Positions 23,571 to 37,250 of a DNA stretch of 64,000 nucleotides are shown here, one piece after another. Source of the stretch: Squalus acanthias (Eukaryota); contig CM059431.1 of the NCBI GenBank assembly GCA_030390025.1, forward strand, positions 140,618,001 through 140,682,000, written 5' to 3'. The notes below the pieces were generated by a model that was not told where the DNA came from, made no database searches, and saw only the letters and a list, made by a program, of their open reading frames with translations. The first letter of the stretch is position 1. Each line of letters opens with the position of its first letter. The translations under genes and the position numbers were made by a program.

Positions 23571-24844
23571 CGCTTAATGAGCCAGCTTATTAGGTGAATC
23601 TTTTCACTGTTTGGAAGCAAATTCAATAGTAACATTTAAAATGGAATTAGATATATACGTAAAGTGGAAAAACTTGCAGTGCCAAAGGGCAGCTGAATGG
23701 ACAAAGACACGATGGGCCGTATGGCATCTTTCTGTGCTGTACCGTTCTCTGATTCTATGATTAAGGTATAACTGAGTTCAGTGAGTGAAACAGAAAGATC
23801 CAAACAGAGGGATATAGATAAAGGTGTGACTGAGTACAGTGAGTGATACAGAGAGTCACCAGCAGAGGGCGATAGAATGACATAGTGCTTTTAACGTAGT
23901 GAAACGTCACAAGGTGGTTCCCAGGGGCGTTATCAAACTAACTGTGACACCGAGCCACAGAAGGAGATATTAGGACAGGTGATCAAACGCTTGTTGAGAA
24001 AGGTAGGTTTTTAGGAGCATCTGAAAGGAGAAGAGTGAGAGGTGGAGAGGTTCAGGGAGGGAATTCCACAGCTTAGGGCTCAGACAGCTGAAAGCACGGC
24101 ATCCAATGGTGGAGCAATTAGAATCGGGGATGAACAATCGGCCTTAATTGGAGGAGCGCAGAGATCTCGGAGGGTTGTAGTGCTGGAGGACGTTACAGAG
24201 ATAGAGAGGGGGCGAGGCCATGGGGGATTTGAGCCCGAGGATGAACATTTTAAAATTGAGGCATTGCCAGACCGCGTCAATGTTGGTCTGCGAGTCAGAA
24301 GCTCATCTCAGTGTCAAATACGAACCCAATGTTGCGAACGGTTTAGGTCAGCCACAGAGAGTTGTCAGGGAGAGGGATGGAGTCAGTGGCGAGGGAACGG
24401 AGTTTGTGGCAGGGACCAAAGACATTGGTTTCATTCTTCCCAATAATTAGTTGGAGGAATTTTTTTTTCAAAACTAGGTTTCAAACATTATCCTTTTTCT
24501 CGAAGATGAAGATTAGTTCCTGTCACTATTCCGAGAAAAATTGTTAACACCTGCAGGAAGATCACACGTATGATTACGCTAGCATTACTAACCGGCAAAT
24601 GTGTTCAAAAGTACATTTATGAGTTGTACTGTTTTAATGTCAGTCTCATGGGCATCGCTAGCAAGGCCAAGTTTATTGTCCATCCCAAGTTGCCCCTTGA
24701 GAACGTGGTGGTGGGCCGCCATCTTCTTCAACCGCTGCAGTCCATGTGGCAAAGGTACTCCCACTGTCCTGTTAGTTAGGATGTTATAGGATTTTGACAC
24801 AGCGACGATGAAGATACGGTGATGTATGTCCAAGTCGGTATAAA

Positions 24845-27230
24845 AACATAAGAAATAGGAGCAGGAATAGGCCACTTGAGCCCTTGAGCCTGCTCCGCCA
24901 TTCAATAAGATCATGGCTGATCTTGGGCTCAAAGTCACTTCCCAGTCCGCTCCCCATAACCCTTCACTCCCTTATCTTGCAAAAATCTGTCTATCTCCGC
25001 CTTAAATGTATTTAATGACCCAGCCTCCACGGCTCTCTGGGGCAGAGAATTCCACAGATTTACAACCCTCTGAGAGAAGAAATTCCTCCTCATCTTAGAT
25101 CTAAAAGGGCGACCTTTATTCTGAAACTCCCACGAGGGGAAACATCCTCTCTGCATCTACCTTGTCGAGTCCGCTTAGTATCTTATATGTTTCATTATGA
25201 TCACCTCTCATTCTTCTAAATTCCAATGAGTATAGGCCCAACCTGCTCAACCTTTCTTCATAAGTCAACCCCCTCATCTCTGAAATTAACCTAGTGAATT
25301 GTCTCTGAACTGCCTCCAATGCAAGTATATCCTTCCTTAAATAAGGAGACCAAAACTGTACGCAGTACTCAAGGTGTGCTCTCACCAATACACTGTACAG
25401 TTGTAGCAGGACTTCCCTGCTTTTTAACTCCAACCCCCTTGCAATAAAGCCCAACATTCCATTTGCCTTTTTGATTAATTGCTGTACCTGCATGCTAACT
25501 TTGTGTTTCATGCACAAGGACCCCCAGGTCCCTCTGAACTGTAGCATTTTGCAATCTCTCTCCATTTAAATAATAATTTGCTTTTTTATTTTTCCTGCCA
25601 AAGTGGATAACCTTGCACTTTCCCACATTATACTCCATCTGCCAAATGTTTGCCCACTCACTTAGCCTATCTATAATCCCTTTGCAGATTATTTGAGTCC
25701 TCTGCACAACTTGCTTTCCCACCCATCTTTGTATCATACACAAACTTGGCTACATTACACTTGGACCCTTCATCCTAGTCATTAATGTAGATTGTAAATA
25801 GTTGGGGCCCCAGCACCGATCCCTGTGGCACCCCACTAGTTACCGTTTGCCAACCGGAAAATGGACCATTTATCCCGATTCTCTGCTTTATTTTAGTTAG
25901 CCAATTCTCTATCCATGCTAATATATTACCCCCAATTCCGTGAGCTCTTATCTTATGCAGTAACCTTTTATGTGGCACCTTGTCGAATGCCTTCTGGAAA
26001 TCCAAATGCACCACATCCACTGGCTCACCTTTGTCCACCCTGCACGTTACATCCTCAAAGAACTCCAGCAAATGTGTTAAACATGATTTCCCTTTCCTAA
26101 AACCATGCTGACTCTGCTTGACTGCAGTATGTTTTTCTAAATGCCCTGCTACTACTTCCTTAATGAAGGACTCCAGCGTTTTCCCAACGACAGATGTTAG
26201 GCTAACTGGTCTATAGTTTCCTGCTTTCTGTCTCCTTCCTTTCTTAAATAGGGGTGTTACATTTGCGGTTTTCCAATCCGCTGGGCCCTCTCCAGAGACC
26301 AGGGAATTTTGGTATATTGCAACCACTATCTCTGCAGCCACTTATTTTAAGACCCTGGGATGCAGGCCATCTGGTCCAGGGGACTTGTCGTCTTTTAGTC
26401 TCATTATTTCAGCAATTACTTTTTCCTTAGTGGTAGTGATTGTCTTTAGTTCCCCCTCCCTGTGGCCCCTTGATTATCCATTATTGGGATGTTGTTAGTG
26501 TCTTCTACCATGAAGACAGATACAAAATATTTGTTCAGAGTCTCTGCCATTTCCCCGTTCCTCTATATTAATTCCCCAGTCTCATCCTCTAAGGGACCAA
26601 CGTTTACTTTAGCTGCTCTCTTCCTTTTTATATACCTGTAGAAGCTCTTGCTATCTGTTTTAATATTCCTTTCCAGTTTACTCTCATAATTCATCTTCTC
26701 TCTGTTAATTTGTTAGTCATCCTTTGCTGGTTTTTAAAAATTTCCCAATCCTCTGGCCTCCCACCAAACTTGGCAACATTGTATGTCTTCGTTTTCAATT
26801 TGATACCACCCTTTACTTCCTTAGTTAGCCAAGAATGGTGCTCCCTTCTCTTAAAATCTTTCTTTCTCACTGGAATATATTTTTGATGAGAGTTATGAAA
26901 TATCTCCTTAAATGTCCACCACTGCATTTCAACTGTCTTACCTTTAACTTATTTTTCCAGTCCACTTTAGCCAGTTCTGCCCTCACGCCATCTTTGTTTA
27001 AGATCAGGACACTGGTTTGAGATACAACTTTCTCACCCTCCAACTGACTTTGAAATTCAACCATGCTATGATCACTCTTTCCTAGAGGATCCTTTACTAT
27101 GAGATCATTTATTCATTATGTCTCATTGCACAGTACCAGATCCAAGATAGCCTGCTCCCTGGTTGGTTTCATTATATAATGTTCTAGGAAATCATCCCGG
27201 ATACACTCTATGAACTCCTCCTCAAGGCTA
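24845..27230 (-). mobile_element. CR1-clade LINE, about 2.4-kb 5'-truncated copy with frameshifted RT
   Basis: [53 protein letters not shown]. Confidence 0.95.
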
Positions 27231-29634
27231 CCATCATCAGCAAAAGATGGCAAGAAAATGTTCAGGATTATTTTTGTACATAATGTTGTAAGGAATACTT
27301 GAAGGATAACATGGGTGGAAGAAGAACCTGTAACATCTTGATACCGGGAAAGACAGAAGATAAAATCTTGCAGTTAAATGGCACCTTGCAGGGCGTCGCA
27401 AAGTGTTTAGAGGACAATGAAATATTTTTAAGTGTATTCACTGTTGAAACGCGGCAGCCAATTTGTAAAGAAAAGGTCCCACAAGCAATGAGTTAAATGG
27501 CCAAATACTGAGTGCAGGAGCGAGTTTTTGTTTTAGAGATAGTAATTCCATCTCTGAGTCAGATGGTGAAGGGTTCAAGCCCCGCTCCAAACAGATCCCA
27601 ACGTGTAGAGACTGAAATATATTCTGCACATTAGAGCTTTGCAGAAAGTCCTCAAATTGAGATACACAGGTTACGATGAGATCAGGTATATCCGTGTTGT
27701 AAAGGGAAGCAGAAAGATTTATTTCCCTTAGCCCCCGAGGGTGACTGACCATCAGATGAACAGTGAGGGCCAGACATGGAGAGATGGTTTGTTTTTGGTC
27801 TATTGATGAACATTCCCTCACCGTCACAACCTTGCCTTTTGGAGGAGCTGTGGCTTTGTTCAGGCAATGTTTGACATTTCCTCTGGTGGGAGAGACCAGA
27901 ACAATTAGAGCTAGGAAAATTCAGGAGTGATGCCAGAAAACACTTCTTCACACAGAGGACAGTGGAGATCTAGAACTCTCTCCCCAAAAAGCTGTTGAGG
28001 CTGGGGTTCAGTCGAAATGTTCAAAATTGAGATAGATCGATTCTTGTTGGGTTAAGGAAACAAGGTGGTAGATGGAATAAGGATAGCGATCAACCATGAT
28101 TTAATTGAATGGCAGAACAGGCTCAATGGGCTGAATTGCCCAGTTCTTACCTATAGAGGGAGATAGAGAGACAATTGATAGAGAGTGGCGGGAAGATAGA
28201 GCGGGACAGAGAAAGAAAATGAGTGACTGTCAAAGAGAGAGCTGGAAGATTAGAGGAAACAAAAGCAAAGAAAGAAAAAGATATTTAAGGAAAAACAGAG
28301 AGGGAGAGAGAAGATAGGAATAGGGGAGAGGTAAACCAATAGAGATGGAGAAAGAGAAAGAGAGAGCTCTTCCCGCTCTCCCTCCGTGTGGTTCTCCAGA
28401 AAGGGTGGACTGTTTCTATTGTGGCATAACTGCGGCTGAGAGAGCTTGGTTAGATCAGGCAGAGGCTTTCATTCGATAGTGGAGTTCGGTGGGGGTGGGG
28501 GGAAGGGGCGGGGGGTTCAGCTGCATGTTACCGGAGAGTCAGAGCAGGTTTGGCATTTGGTCTCTGGTTTAGCAGATAACCAACAAGGAAAGATTTTTCT
28601 CATTTGATCCGGAAATATTGAGGTTGGGTTGTTGATGCCAATAGAGGATTGGATAACTTGAGGAGATGAGCAGCTGTGTCCTCTTCTCCTCACTGGGCGG
28701 ACTGACCCCTGGGTTTGTACCTGTACACCTGAGGTTCGGCTTTTCCCATCCTGTCAGCCGCCAGGCACTGGTTTAATACTCAGTACTGAACCTGGGGTAT
28801 TCACCTAGACCACATGCTGTTTCTCTGAGATCTTTATGTACATTGTACCTACGATCCTATTCATAGCTTGACATCTGCTGCATGTCTCATTCATACAGAT
28901 GGATTTAGATTTAATCCCGTTAGCTGTGGATCAGTGATAGCATAGTCGCTTCTAAACCAGAGGGCTGTGTGTTATAAGCCCCTGTTATACGTTGGTATTC
29001 ATTGTCCCAAAAAATACATGTCAAGGGAGCAGATTAACCTTTAACCTTACCTCCTCAGTGAGGGGCCGTCTGGGTTTTACCTCCCAGCCTATGTCTAGAA
29101 GTGAATGATGCCTAATATTGCTCGCTGAACTGTCTTATATCTCCCAGTTCCGACTGAGTATGAGTTCACCTCACCAACTCTCAATTAGGATCCCCACAAG
29201 CTATTGAGTGAATGAATTAAAGCTTTCTTGCCAAATCTTCAAAGAAGTCAGACAGCAAATCATCCAATCACAACTGTTTACTGACTCCCAAATCATAATT
29301 ATCATTATATAAACATTGGGTATAATAATAATTATTAAGTAGAAACAGATGTAGACAGGTTCGCCGAGCAATTGTAATAACACCCAATTAATAGGCAGAC
29401 AATTAACACCATGAATAAGAAAGGTTTTATAAACAGCTCAGTGTATCACCATAATTCAGCATTAGCTGGATCGCTGATTATCACATTCTAGTTGAGATCA
29501 GTGTGTGAGATGACTGCAGACTGGGTAGATTAATTTAGGATTGACTATTTGGGGATCTGATGAATTAACAGCATTAGATCGTCAGACTGCGCAACAGATT
29601 GGAGGAGAAATTCACCTCGGGCGATAGCGAATCC

Positions 29635-30545
29635 GCGGCTCATTGTGCACTCGGCCTGATTCTCTTTCCCATTGACTGTGCCTTTCACCCAATCAGCGGC
29701 TCATTGTGGGCTCGGCCCGATTCTCTTTCCATTGACTGTGGCTCTCACCCAATCGGCAGCTCATTGTGGGCTCGGCCCGATTCTCTTTCCCAGTGACTGT
29801 GGCTCTCACCCAATCGGCAGCTCATTGTGAGCTCGGCCCGATTCTCTTTCCCAAAGACTGTGGCTTTCATCCAATCGGCAGCTCATTGTGGGCTCGGCCC
29901 GATTCTCTTTCCATTCACTGTGGCTTTCCCCGAATTGGCGGCTCATTGTGGGCTCGGCCCGATTCTCTTTCCCATTGACTGTGGCTTTCCCCGAATCTGG
30001 CGGCTCACTGTGGGCTCGGCCCGATTCTCTTTCCCATTGACTGTTGCTTTCACCGAATCGGCGGCTCATTGTGGGCTCAGCCCGATTCTCTTTCCCAGTG
30101 ACTGTGGCTCTCACCCAAATCGCGGCTCATTGTGGGCTCAGCCCGATTCTCTTTCCCATTGACTGTGGCTCTCACCCAATCGGCAGCTCATTGTGGGCTC
30201 GGCCCGATTCTCTTTCCCAGTGACTGTGGCTCTCACCCAATCAGCAGCTCATTGTGGGCTCAGCCCGATTCTCTTTCCCATTGACTGTGGCTTTCATCCA
30301 ATCGGCAGCTCATTGTGGGCTCGGCCCGATTCTCTTTCCCAAAGACTGTGGCTTTCATCCAATCGGCAGCTCATTGTGGGCTCGGCCGATTTTCTTTCCC
30401 AATCACTGTGGCTTTCCCCGAATTGGCGGCTCATTGTGGGCTCGGCCCGATTCTCTTTCTCGTTGACTGTTGCTTTCACCGAATCAGCGGCTCATTGTGG
30501 GCTCGGCCCGCTTCTCTTTCCCATTGACTGTTGCTTTCACCAATG
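29635..30545. repeat. Minisatellite, 60-62-bp unit, about 15 copies
   Basis: tcattgtgggctcggcccgattctctttcccattgactgtggctctcacccaatcggcagc. Confidence 0.95.
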
Positions 30546-31171
30546 CGATGTTAATCCAGGGCGATCTGCCTGTACAAGTGGGCCTAGCAGATCCAACAGC
30601 ACTAATACAAGAGATGGGGAGTTCCCCAGTGGCTGCATGGACATTTATCTCTCAACATACTGTTCGGGTGTGAAACTGGGGTCAGAAATCGGCGGCCTCA
30701 CACAGACCGTTCATTTCCATTTCCGAAACACCAATTTTACGCCAGTGACAAATTTGTCTCCATCCATTCTCGAGCTTTGGGTGTCACTGGTTGGGCCCCA
30801 TTAATTGCCCTGAGAAGGTGCTGGTGGGCCTTCCTCTTGAACTGCTGATGTAGCTGTTTGATACAATTCAGTGGCCCACTTGGGCACTTCAGAGACAGCT
30901 AACATAACAGTCACCCACACTAGTGAGGGACTGGAGTTATACACAGACCAGACCAGGTAAGGACAGCAGATTTCCTTTCCAAAAATATTGGTGAACTTGT
31001 TTTTAATTAAACTCAGACAGATTAATGGTCACTGATCTCAGTTCTTTTTCAATTCCAGTTTTGTTTAAACTGAATTTAAATTCTGAAACTGCCATCTGAG
31101 CTCATGTTCTTTTTGGTTATTAGCACAGCCTCGGGATTTACTCGTCCAGTAACATAACCACTATACTATCC

Positions 31172-32670
31172 TAGGGTTCTAAAAGAGGTGGCTGAAAAGA
31201 TAGAGGATGCATTGGCTTTGGTCTTCCAAAATTCCCCAGATTCTGGAATGGTTCCAGCGGGCGGATTAGAAGGTCGCAAATGTAACACCGCTATTCAAGA
31301 AAGGAGGGAAGAGAAAAAGCAGGGAATTACAGGCCAGTTAGCCTGACATCAGTTTTTGGGAAAATGCTGGAATCCATTGTTAAGTAAGTGATATCAAGTC
31401 ACTTAGAAAATCATAACATGATTAGGCAGAGTCAACATGGTTTTATGAAAGGGAAATCGACTTTGACCAACTTATTCATTTTTTGAGGATGTAACTAGCA
31501 GGGTAGATAATGGGGAACCAGTGGATGGAGTATATTTGGATTACTAAAAGGCATTCGATAAAATGCCACATAAAAGATTATTACACAAGATTAGGGCTCA
31601 TGGGGTTGGGGGTAATATAGTAGCATGGATAGAGGATTGGTTAATGGACAGAAAAGAGAGAGTAGGGATAAACGGATCTTTTTCAGGTTAGCAGGCTGTA
31701 ACTAGTGGGGTGCCGCAAGGATCAGTGTTGGGGCCTCAGCTATTTACAATCTATATTAATGACCTAGATGAAGGGAAAGAGTGTAATGTATCCAAGTTTG
31801 CTTATGATACAAAGCTAGGTGGGACAGTAAGCTGTGAGAACAAAGAGTCTGCAAAGGGATACAGATAGACCAAGTGAGTGGGCAGTAAGGTGGCAGATGG
31901 AGTATAATGTAGGGAAATGTGAGGTTATTCACTTTGGTAGGAAGAATAGAAAAACAGAATATTTTAAATGGTGAGAAACTTTCAAATGTTGGTGTTCAGA
32001 GATTTGGGTGTCCTCGTGCAAGAAACACAGAAAGCTAGCATGCAGGTACAGCAAGCAATAAGGAAGGCAAATGGCATATTGGCCTTTATTACAAGGTGGT
32101 TGAAGTATAACAGTAAGGAAGTCTTGCTACAATTGTACAGGGCCTTGGTGAGACCACACCTGGAGTACTGTGTACAGTTTTGGTCTCCTTATCTAAGGAA
32201 GGATATACTTGTCTTGGAGGCGGTGCAACGCAAGTTCACTAGATTGATTCCTGGGATGAGAGGGCTGTCCTATGCGGAGAGATTGTGTAGAATGGGCCGA
32301 TACTCTCTGGAGTCTAGAAGAATGAGAGGTGATCTCATTGAAACACACAAGATTCTGAAGGGGATTGACAGGGTAGATGCTGAGAGGTTGTTTCCCCTGG
32401 CTGGAGTGTCTAGAACTACGGGGCATAGTCTCAGGATAAGGGGTCGGCCATTTAAGACTGAGATAAGGAGGAATTTCTTGCCCCAGAGGGCTGTGAATGC
32501 TGAATGTTTGAGTATATTCAAGGCAGAGATAGATAGATTTTTGGACTCATGGGGAATCAAGGGATATAGAGATCGGGCGGGAAAGTGGAGTTCAGGTTGC
32601 TGATTAGCTATGATCTTATTGAATGGCGGAGCAGGCTCGACGGCCGTATGGCCTACTCCTGCTCTTATTA
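31172..32670 (+). mobile_element. CR1-clade LINE, about 1.5-kb 5'-truncated copy
   Basis: Same family as 24845-27230; RT and C-terminal motifs with stops and frameshifts. Confidence 0.95.
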
Positions 32671-34144
32671 CCACTATAGTGTTCTAACCTGATGGTTAAA
32701 ATCTACTCCATTAAACAGCCATTTCTCTCATTGCAATTTGTGGTTATGAGCATTAATTGGTTGGTGGGATTGTCTACATTACATTTGACTGCAACTCAAA
32801 AGTACATGAATTGTGTTATAAAATGCAAGTATTTTTCTACCTACTATATATGTAGTATTTCCTAATTACTGTAAGATAAATGACATTTTTGACTTTTGAT
32901 ATTTACATTAAACCACAGAGTCAGGTCCCTCAGCCCCTCGCTCTGTCAGTCTGTGGCTCAGGTGATATAGAACTCCGAATCATTATGCTTGTGTGTGCTT
33001 GTTGTTCCAACCTGGTCATTGCTGATTACAATGGATTATTAGTTCCCATCCCGTGATTTTTGACATCTGATAAATACAGTGAAACTTCGCTATTTATTAT
33101 ACCAGAGTGAGGAGAGAAGGAAACAGACTGCATCTGGTGTGAATGTAAAATAAAACAGTGAATAATGTACAGCAGGTCAATCACTATCTGGAAAATAGTT
33201 ACAAAAGAGTTACATCACAAGCAACATGACCCAAAATGTCAACCTATCCTCTCTCCACCTAAATGCGGACGATCCTGCTCTGTATTTAGACCACGGTCTG
33301 GTTTTTAGGCCCAGAGTGATTCAGACTGTGGGGGCCTATGTGGGTCCTGTGCATTTACTGCAGTCGAGTTTCCACTGGCTCACTGAACTTTCACAACTGG
33401 TTACTCTTTGAGCGGGTGGGTAAATTTGCCACTTCATGTTCTTTATTTGACACTCTTCCAGTCCCCGTGTGTAGATACAGCTGTTTAGAAATTCACCCGT
33501 CAGTGTGAAAATACCAGGAATAGCAATGGAACAGATTCTGCACTAAATACATCGTTTCAGCAAATGTTTCCTTATTTTGGGAAGGCAGAAAACATTTTAA
33601 AATATAAGTCAGATTTCACAGGTGCAATATGCTCAGGAACCTCCCCAATAGGATACTCACCCTGGGTCACCCCAGAGAGTGGGTATTGGTTCCTATTAGA
33701 TGGTGGAATTCATCCCAGCTGAACAGACCCATTCCCTATCCTGAACCCACTCTGGTTCACTTCCCAGCAGGGCCACTGGGCATTGATACTGAGCGGTAAC
33801 TCGGGTAATGTTACCCAAAACCCAGGAATACTGAGTGCAATTGTCAGCGTCCCACTTCAGCCCAGACTGAGCCCCACCCTGGGCCCTTCCTGTCTGTGCA
33901 TTTCCCCAGTGCCCCATTGGGGAACATTCAGCCCCGGATATCCTGCAGAAGCAGCGCTGTGGGGCCGGGCGGCTGAGTCACGTGACCCTGTGGCTGGGCC
34001 TCTGACCTCACAATGGGAGATGACGCTCGCTCAGCTCGAGCTGGAAACCCTTAAAGGGGCCGATAGGATTTAAACCCGGAGCGCGGCCGCTTAAAGGGGT
34101 GGGGCAGAAAATCGGCCAAAAATTGTCATATGGAGCAGTAATGT

Positions 34145-37100
34145 TTATAAATTGTAATAATCAAACTCCACTTTCAGTCCGGGTCTTGTATCCTGCAGCA
34201 ACTTCAGCTGATTCTCTCTGGTTGAACTGAACTGATTCCCCCAAAGCCTGAAAGATTCAACAGGAAATAAACAGATTGAACATCAGTGTAAATAACAGGG
34301 AGACGAGTTAATATTTCATTAATAATTACAGCCAAATATTACCCATAAAAGTGACTGAATCCCATTAATATTTTATTTATTCCACAGGCTGAATGGCATC
34401 CTTCTGCGCTGTAAATGTCTCTGATTATATAAACACTCACCGGATCTCCTCCAGACTCCTGCAGGTCAGTATGAGGCGGCGGAGAGCAGGGACAGATCGG
34501 TCTGTGAAGGAGTTTGATCCCAGGGACAGAACCGTCAGTGACCGGTTTGTACTGAGAGCGGAGGCGAGATCCTCGGCACAAGAATCTGCGAGACCAACAT
34601 TCCATAGACTGGGGATCAGAGAGAGAAAGAACAGGAATCAGAGTAAGTCCCTAGGGCTAGAAATTAGTCTGGGGCGGTGGTGATAGCCGGGCGGTATCGG
34701 CTCGGCCGCCCGTTATACGCAGCGCCTGATATTCAGTTGTATTGCAGTCAATGGAACTGACCATCAGGCTCTGCGTATAACGGGCGGCCGATCCGGTACT
34801 GCCCGGCTTTCACCACCGCCCCAGACCAACTTCTAGGCCCCAGTGTTTATTATCAGTAACATTGTTATTAATAGACACTGTACATTATTGAGTGTCAGTA
34901 ATACTGTTAATAATCTAGTGTTTATTCATAATATCACTGATACGAATAATGTACAGTGTCAGACATCCAGTTATTATAAACACAATCTCACAGTCTGGTA
35001 CTTACCCCAGTTTCTGTATTTTACAGTCCGGGTTCCTCAGAGCCGCAGACAGTAGTTTCACTCCTGAATCTCCCAGTTTATTATTACCCAGGTTCAGATC
35101 CGTCAGTGAGCGGTTTGTACCGAGAGCGGAGGCAAGATCACCGGTACAAGAATCCGTGAGACCGTTATTCCAGAGCCTGGGATCAGAAATAAATAACAGG
35201 AATCAGGGTAAATCCCCAGTGTTTATTAATAAAACTTCCTGATACTAATACCAATGTACAGTGTTTCCTAATGACATTTAATGATGATAAACACTGTACA
35301 TTATTAGTAATAGTGTTATTACAGTTAATGCTTATGCGAGGAAGGATATACTTGCCTTAGAGGCGGTGCAACGAAGGTTTACTAGATTGATTCCTGAGAT
35401 GAGAGGGATGTCCTATGAGGAGAGATAGAGTCAATTGGGCCTATGTTCTCTGAGTTTAGAAAAATGAGAGGTGATCTCAGTGAAACATACAAGATACCGA
35501 GGGGGATTGACAGGGTAGGTGCCGAGAGGTTGTTTCCCCTGGCTGGAGAGCCTAAACTAGGGGGCATAGTCTCAGGATAAGGAGTCGGCCATTTAAGACT
35601 GAGATTAGGAGGAATTTCTTCACTCGGAGGGTTGTTAATCTTTGGAATTCTCTACCCTAAAGGGCTGTGGATACTCAGTTGTTGAATATATTCAAGACAG
35701 AGATAGACAGATTTTTGGACTCTCGGGGAATCAAGGGACAAGGGGATAGGGCGGGAAAGTGGAGTTGAGATCGAAAATCAGCCAAGATCTTATTTAATGG
35801 CGGAGCAGGCTTGAGGAGCCGTATGGCCTACTCCTGCTCCTTATGTTTGTTATGTTATTAATCAACACTGTACATTCATAACACTATTACTGATACTGTT
35901 AGACATCCAGTTATAAACACAATCTCACACAGTCTGGTACTTACCCCAGTTTCTGTATTTTACATTCCGGGTTCCTCAGAGCCGCAGACAGTAGTTTCAC
36001 TCCTGAGTCGCCCAGTTTATTATTACCCAGGTCCAGAACCGTCAGTGACTGGTTTGTACTGAGAGCGGAGACGAGATCCTCGGCACAAGAACCTGTGAGA
36101 CCGACAGCATCCAACCTGGGAATGAGAGAGAGAATAACAGGAATCAGAGTAAATTCCCAATGTTTAGTAACAGCACTGTTACTGATAATAATAATGTAGT
36201 GTTAGACATCCAGATACTATAAACACAATCTCAGAGTCTGGTATTTACCGTAGTTCCTGTATTTTACAGATCGGGTTCTTCAGAGCCGCAGACAGTAGTT
36301 TCACTCCTGAATCTCCCAGTTTATTATAACTCAGGTCCAGAACCGTCAGTGACCGGTTTGTACTGAGAGTAGAGGAGAGATCCTCAGCACAAGAATCTGA
36401 GAGACCGACACCCCACAGACTGGGGATCAGAGAGAAATAACATGAATCCGGGTAAATCCCCAGTGTTTATTAATAACACTATTACTGATACTAATAATAA
36501 TGTTCAGTGTCAGACATCCAATTATTATAAACACAATCTCACAGTTGACACTTACTCCAGTTCCTGTATTTTACAGTCTGGGTTCCTCAGAGCCGCAGAC
36601 AGTAGTTTCACTCCTGAATCTCCCAGTTCATTTCCACTCAGGTTCAGAGCCTTCAGGGACCAGTTTGTACTGAGAACGGAGACAAGATCCTCGGCACAAG
36701 AAGCTGTGAGGCCAACAACCCGTAGGCTGGGGATCAGAGAGAAATAACAAGAATCAGAGCAAATCCCCAGTGTTTGTTAATATCAATATTGATAGTAATA
36801 ATCTACAGTGTCAGACATCCAGTTATTATAAACACAATCTCACACAGTCTGGTACTTACTGCAGTTCCTGTATTTTACAGTCTGGGTTCCTCAGAGCCGC
36901 AGACAGTAGTTTCACTCCTGAATCTCCCAGATTATTATTACCCAGGCTCAGAACCGTCAGGGACTTGTTTGTACTGAGAGCGGAGGTGAGATCCTCGGCA
37001 CAAGAATCTGTGAGACCGTTATTATCCAGACTAGGGATCAAAGAGAGAAATAACCGGAATCAGAGTAAATCCCGTACCTTTAATAAAAACACTATTACTG

Positions 37101-37250
37101 ATAATAACTAACACTGAACATTATTATTAGTATCAACACAATCTCACACAGTCTGGTACTTACCGCAGTTCCTGTATTTTACAGTCCAGGTTCCTCAGAG
37201 ACGCAGACAGTAGTTTCACTCCTGAATCTCCCAGTTCAGTGCTCCCCAGT
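34145..37250 (-). CDS. LRR exon array of NLR: 87 nt + five 171 nt + 168 nt + terminal 103 nt
   Basis: [56 protein letters not shown] repeats; phase 2-2 exons. Confidence 0.93.
34654..34840. mobile_element. Palindromic MITE of about 187 bp (possibly Harbinger-type)
   Basis: Arms pair over nearly the whole length (GGGCTAGAAATT...AACTTCTAGGCCC); absent from the paralogous LRR introns, which read aaatccccagtgttt. Confidence 0.8.
35335..35858 (+). mobile_element. CR1-clade LINE 3' fragment in an LRR intron
   Basis: Near-identical to the 3' end of 31172-32670. Confidence 0.9.

Noticed and set aside
24845..32670. RT-like ORFs as host genes or active LINEs
   Set aside because: 5'-truncated CR1 copies with stops and frameshifts.
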